Notes under the pieces: model-generated
The model's database searches: none
What the model was told of the DNA's origin: nothing
What the model saw: the letters and a program-made list of their open reading frames with translations, nothing else
Part shown: positions 62,527 to 64,000 of the stretch, one piece after another
Layout: each line of letters starts with the position of its first letter
How positions within the stretch are numbered: the first letter of the stretch is position 1
Program-made: the position numbers and the translations under genes
Source: Podarcis gaigeae
Lineage: Eukaryota
Reading direction: 5' to 3' (one strand)
Assembly (NCBI GenBank): GCA_964106915.2
Contig: OZ066929.1
Length of the DNA: 64,000 bases

Positions 62527-63504
62527 TTAGACAACAGGTAAGACCAGTGTTAAAGCAGATGTGCATCCAGCCTGCTTGATTGCAATTGGCTAAACACCTG
62601 ACTTCTGGAGACAAATGGCTTCTACTCAATTATGATGTAGTAATCTATTAATGGCTCTTAAGTAACAAATCAGGTCTCCCTGCTGTCTTGAATGTGACAG
62701 AAGCATGCTAATAATGAAAAAGAACCAACATATGCAGTCTTGCCTAGAAGGGCCGTTAGTCTTTATGAGCTTTTTCAGTAGGGAAGACTAGTAAAAGGAA
62801 TGAAAGACTGCAAACTATATTTTAAAGCTCACTTCGCGTGATTGAAGACAAGATCAAATGATGTATGAAATAGGAACAAAACTTTTAAAAAGTATTAAAC
62901 CATGGCTCTGTTAAAAAAGAAAGCCTTTGAAGATTGGGCATGCAGATATGTGTGTATAGCATCAAAGAGGCTTCTCTGTGATCATCTATGGGAGTTTTTT
63001 TCTTCAAATAAAATAAAAAGAATTTCTGAGAGAATTTCAGTGGGCTGAGGTCTCACAATATCATCTAAGCTTCGGTGAGGCACCAGAAATTTATATTACA
63101 TGTTTATTTCTTAAGCATACAAATATACCATAGCATTCTAATAATTTAGCAACTGTTGTTTGGTTGAAATGCTTAGGGCACATAGCGTAGATCTGAATTT
63201 AGTCTCACTCACAGAATGGAACAATTGTTTTCCCCATTAGCAATATCCAATCTGCCTTCATTATTACTTGAGTCTATTGTTAAATAAGATGTGCCCATTA
63301 TATTAATTGGAGACCGTGGCAAAACACAGAGGAAAGAGAGGTTGAAGCTGCAGCATGTACACTGTTTATCTAAGTTCTACTCAGAGTAGATTCAGTGAAA
63401 TTAATGGAGCTCAGCCAGTCTTGTCCACTCTAGGACAGGGGCTCATCATGCTTCCCTTTCTCAATACCAACCTCAGCAGCTTTTATTAGGTATTACTGCA
63501 TGTC

Positions 63505-63624
63505 CAGTGCTTTTTTTCTGGGGGGGACGCAGAATCTAAGTTTGGCCTCTTTGAAGGGCAGTATTTCAATAAGAGTAGGAAAATGAGAGCACCCCTAAAC
63601 ATTTTTTTAGGAAAAAAAGCACTG
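63505..63624. mobile_element. hAT MITE, same family as 39126-39294, opposite orientation
   Basis: TIR CAGTGCTTTTTTT/AAAAAAAGCACTG. Shares the core aatctaagtttggcctc...gggcagtatttcaa. Confidence 0.8.
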
Positions 63625-64000
63625 CTTCTGTCCATGCCAGTGATCCCAACTTAAAAACTCTCTTACAAACAGTAAGTGCAGTCCTTACTTTCTGAAACAA
63701 CCATGACTTGGCTTTTCTTCTGGGACAGGTATGAAGAAGGCGAAAACAATCTTGCCATTCCTTTCCAGAAGCTATCCATGCTTCCAGGTCACCAAACGCT
63801 GAGGTAAAGGGATACACTACATGAGGTCTGCTTCCCTGTCTACACTTAGTCCCTTTAGGGACTCAGGTTTGCTCCTTTCTTCGTATAAGGACTGCCACTC
63901 ACTGAGTGCCCAAGGTTACTAATCCAGGAGTTTTCTCTCCATCTGTCTCTGACTTGTTAGGGACATCCTCGGATCCTGCCCCTCTCCCTGCCTCCAGAAC

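Overview
Vertebrate genomic DNA. The SINE/MITE repertoire suggests a squamate reptile, probably a lacertid lizard (inference). The window holds two convergent genes. On the + strand are the last three coding exons and 3'UTR of CLUH (16-~4630). On the - strand is the complete PAFAH1B1/LIS1 gene: a CpG-island promoter and non-coding exon 1 at ~59.2-59.6 kb, ten GT-AG coding exons from 37432 down to 12924 that sum to 1233 nt (410 aa plus stop), and a ~3.9-kb 3'UTR ending near 8990. The introns are full of hAT and Tc1/mariner MITEs (several with intact target-site duplications), tRNA-derived SINEs and CR1/L2 fragments. A Helitron-like element lies upstream of the promoter. The most unusual structure is in LIS1 intron 2: a decayed RTE-X-like LINE whose ORF2/3' tail lies on the - strand, joined head-to-head to a + strand segment that looks like a LINE 5'UTR plus ORF1. 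This is the geometry of a twin-priming 5' inversion, and the whole unit sits inside a split L2 element. LIS1 exon 2 carries a cluster of three upstream ORFs. There are three N gaps. Most ORFs in the supplied track are spurious. I found no convincing new gene system beyond these observations. Comparisons to human sequences and repeat consensus sequences are from memory, not from a database search.
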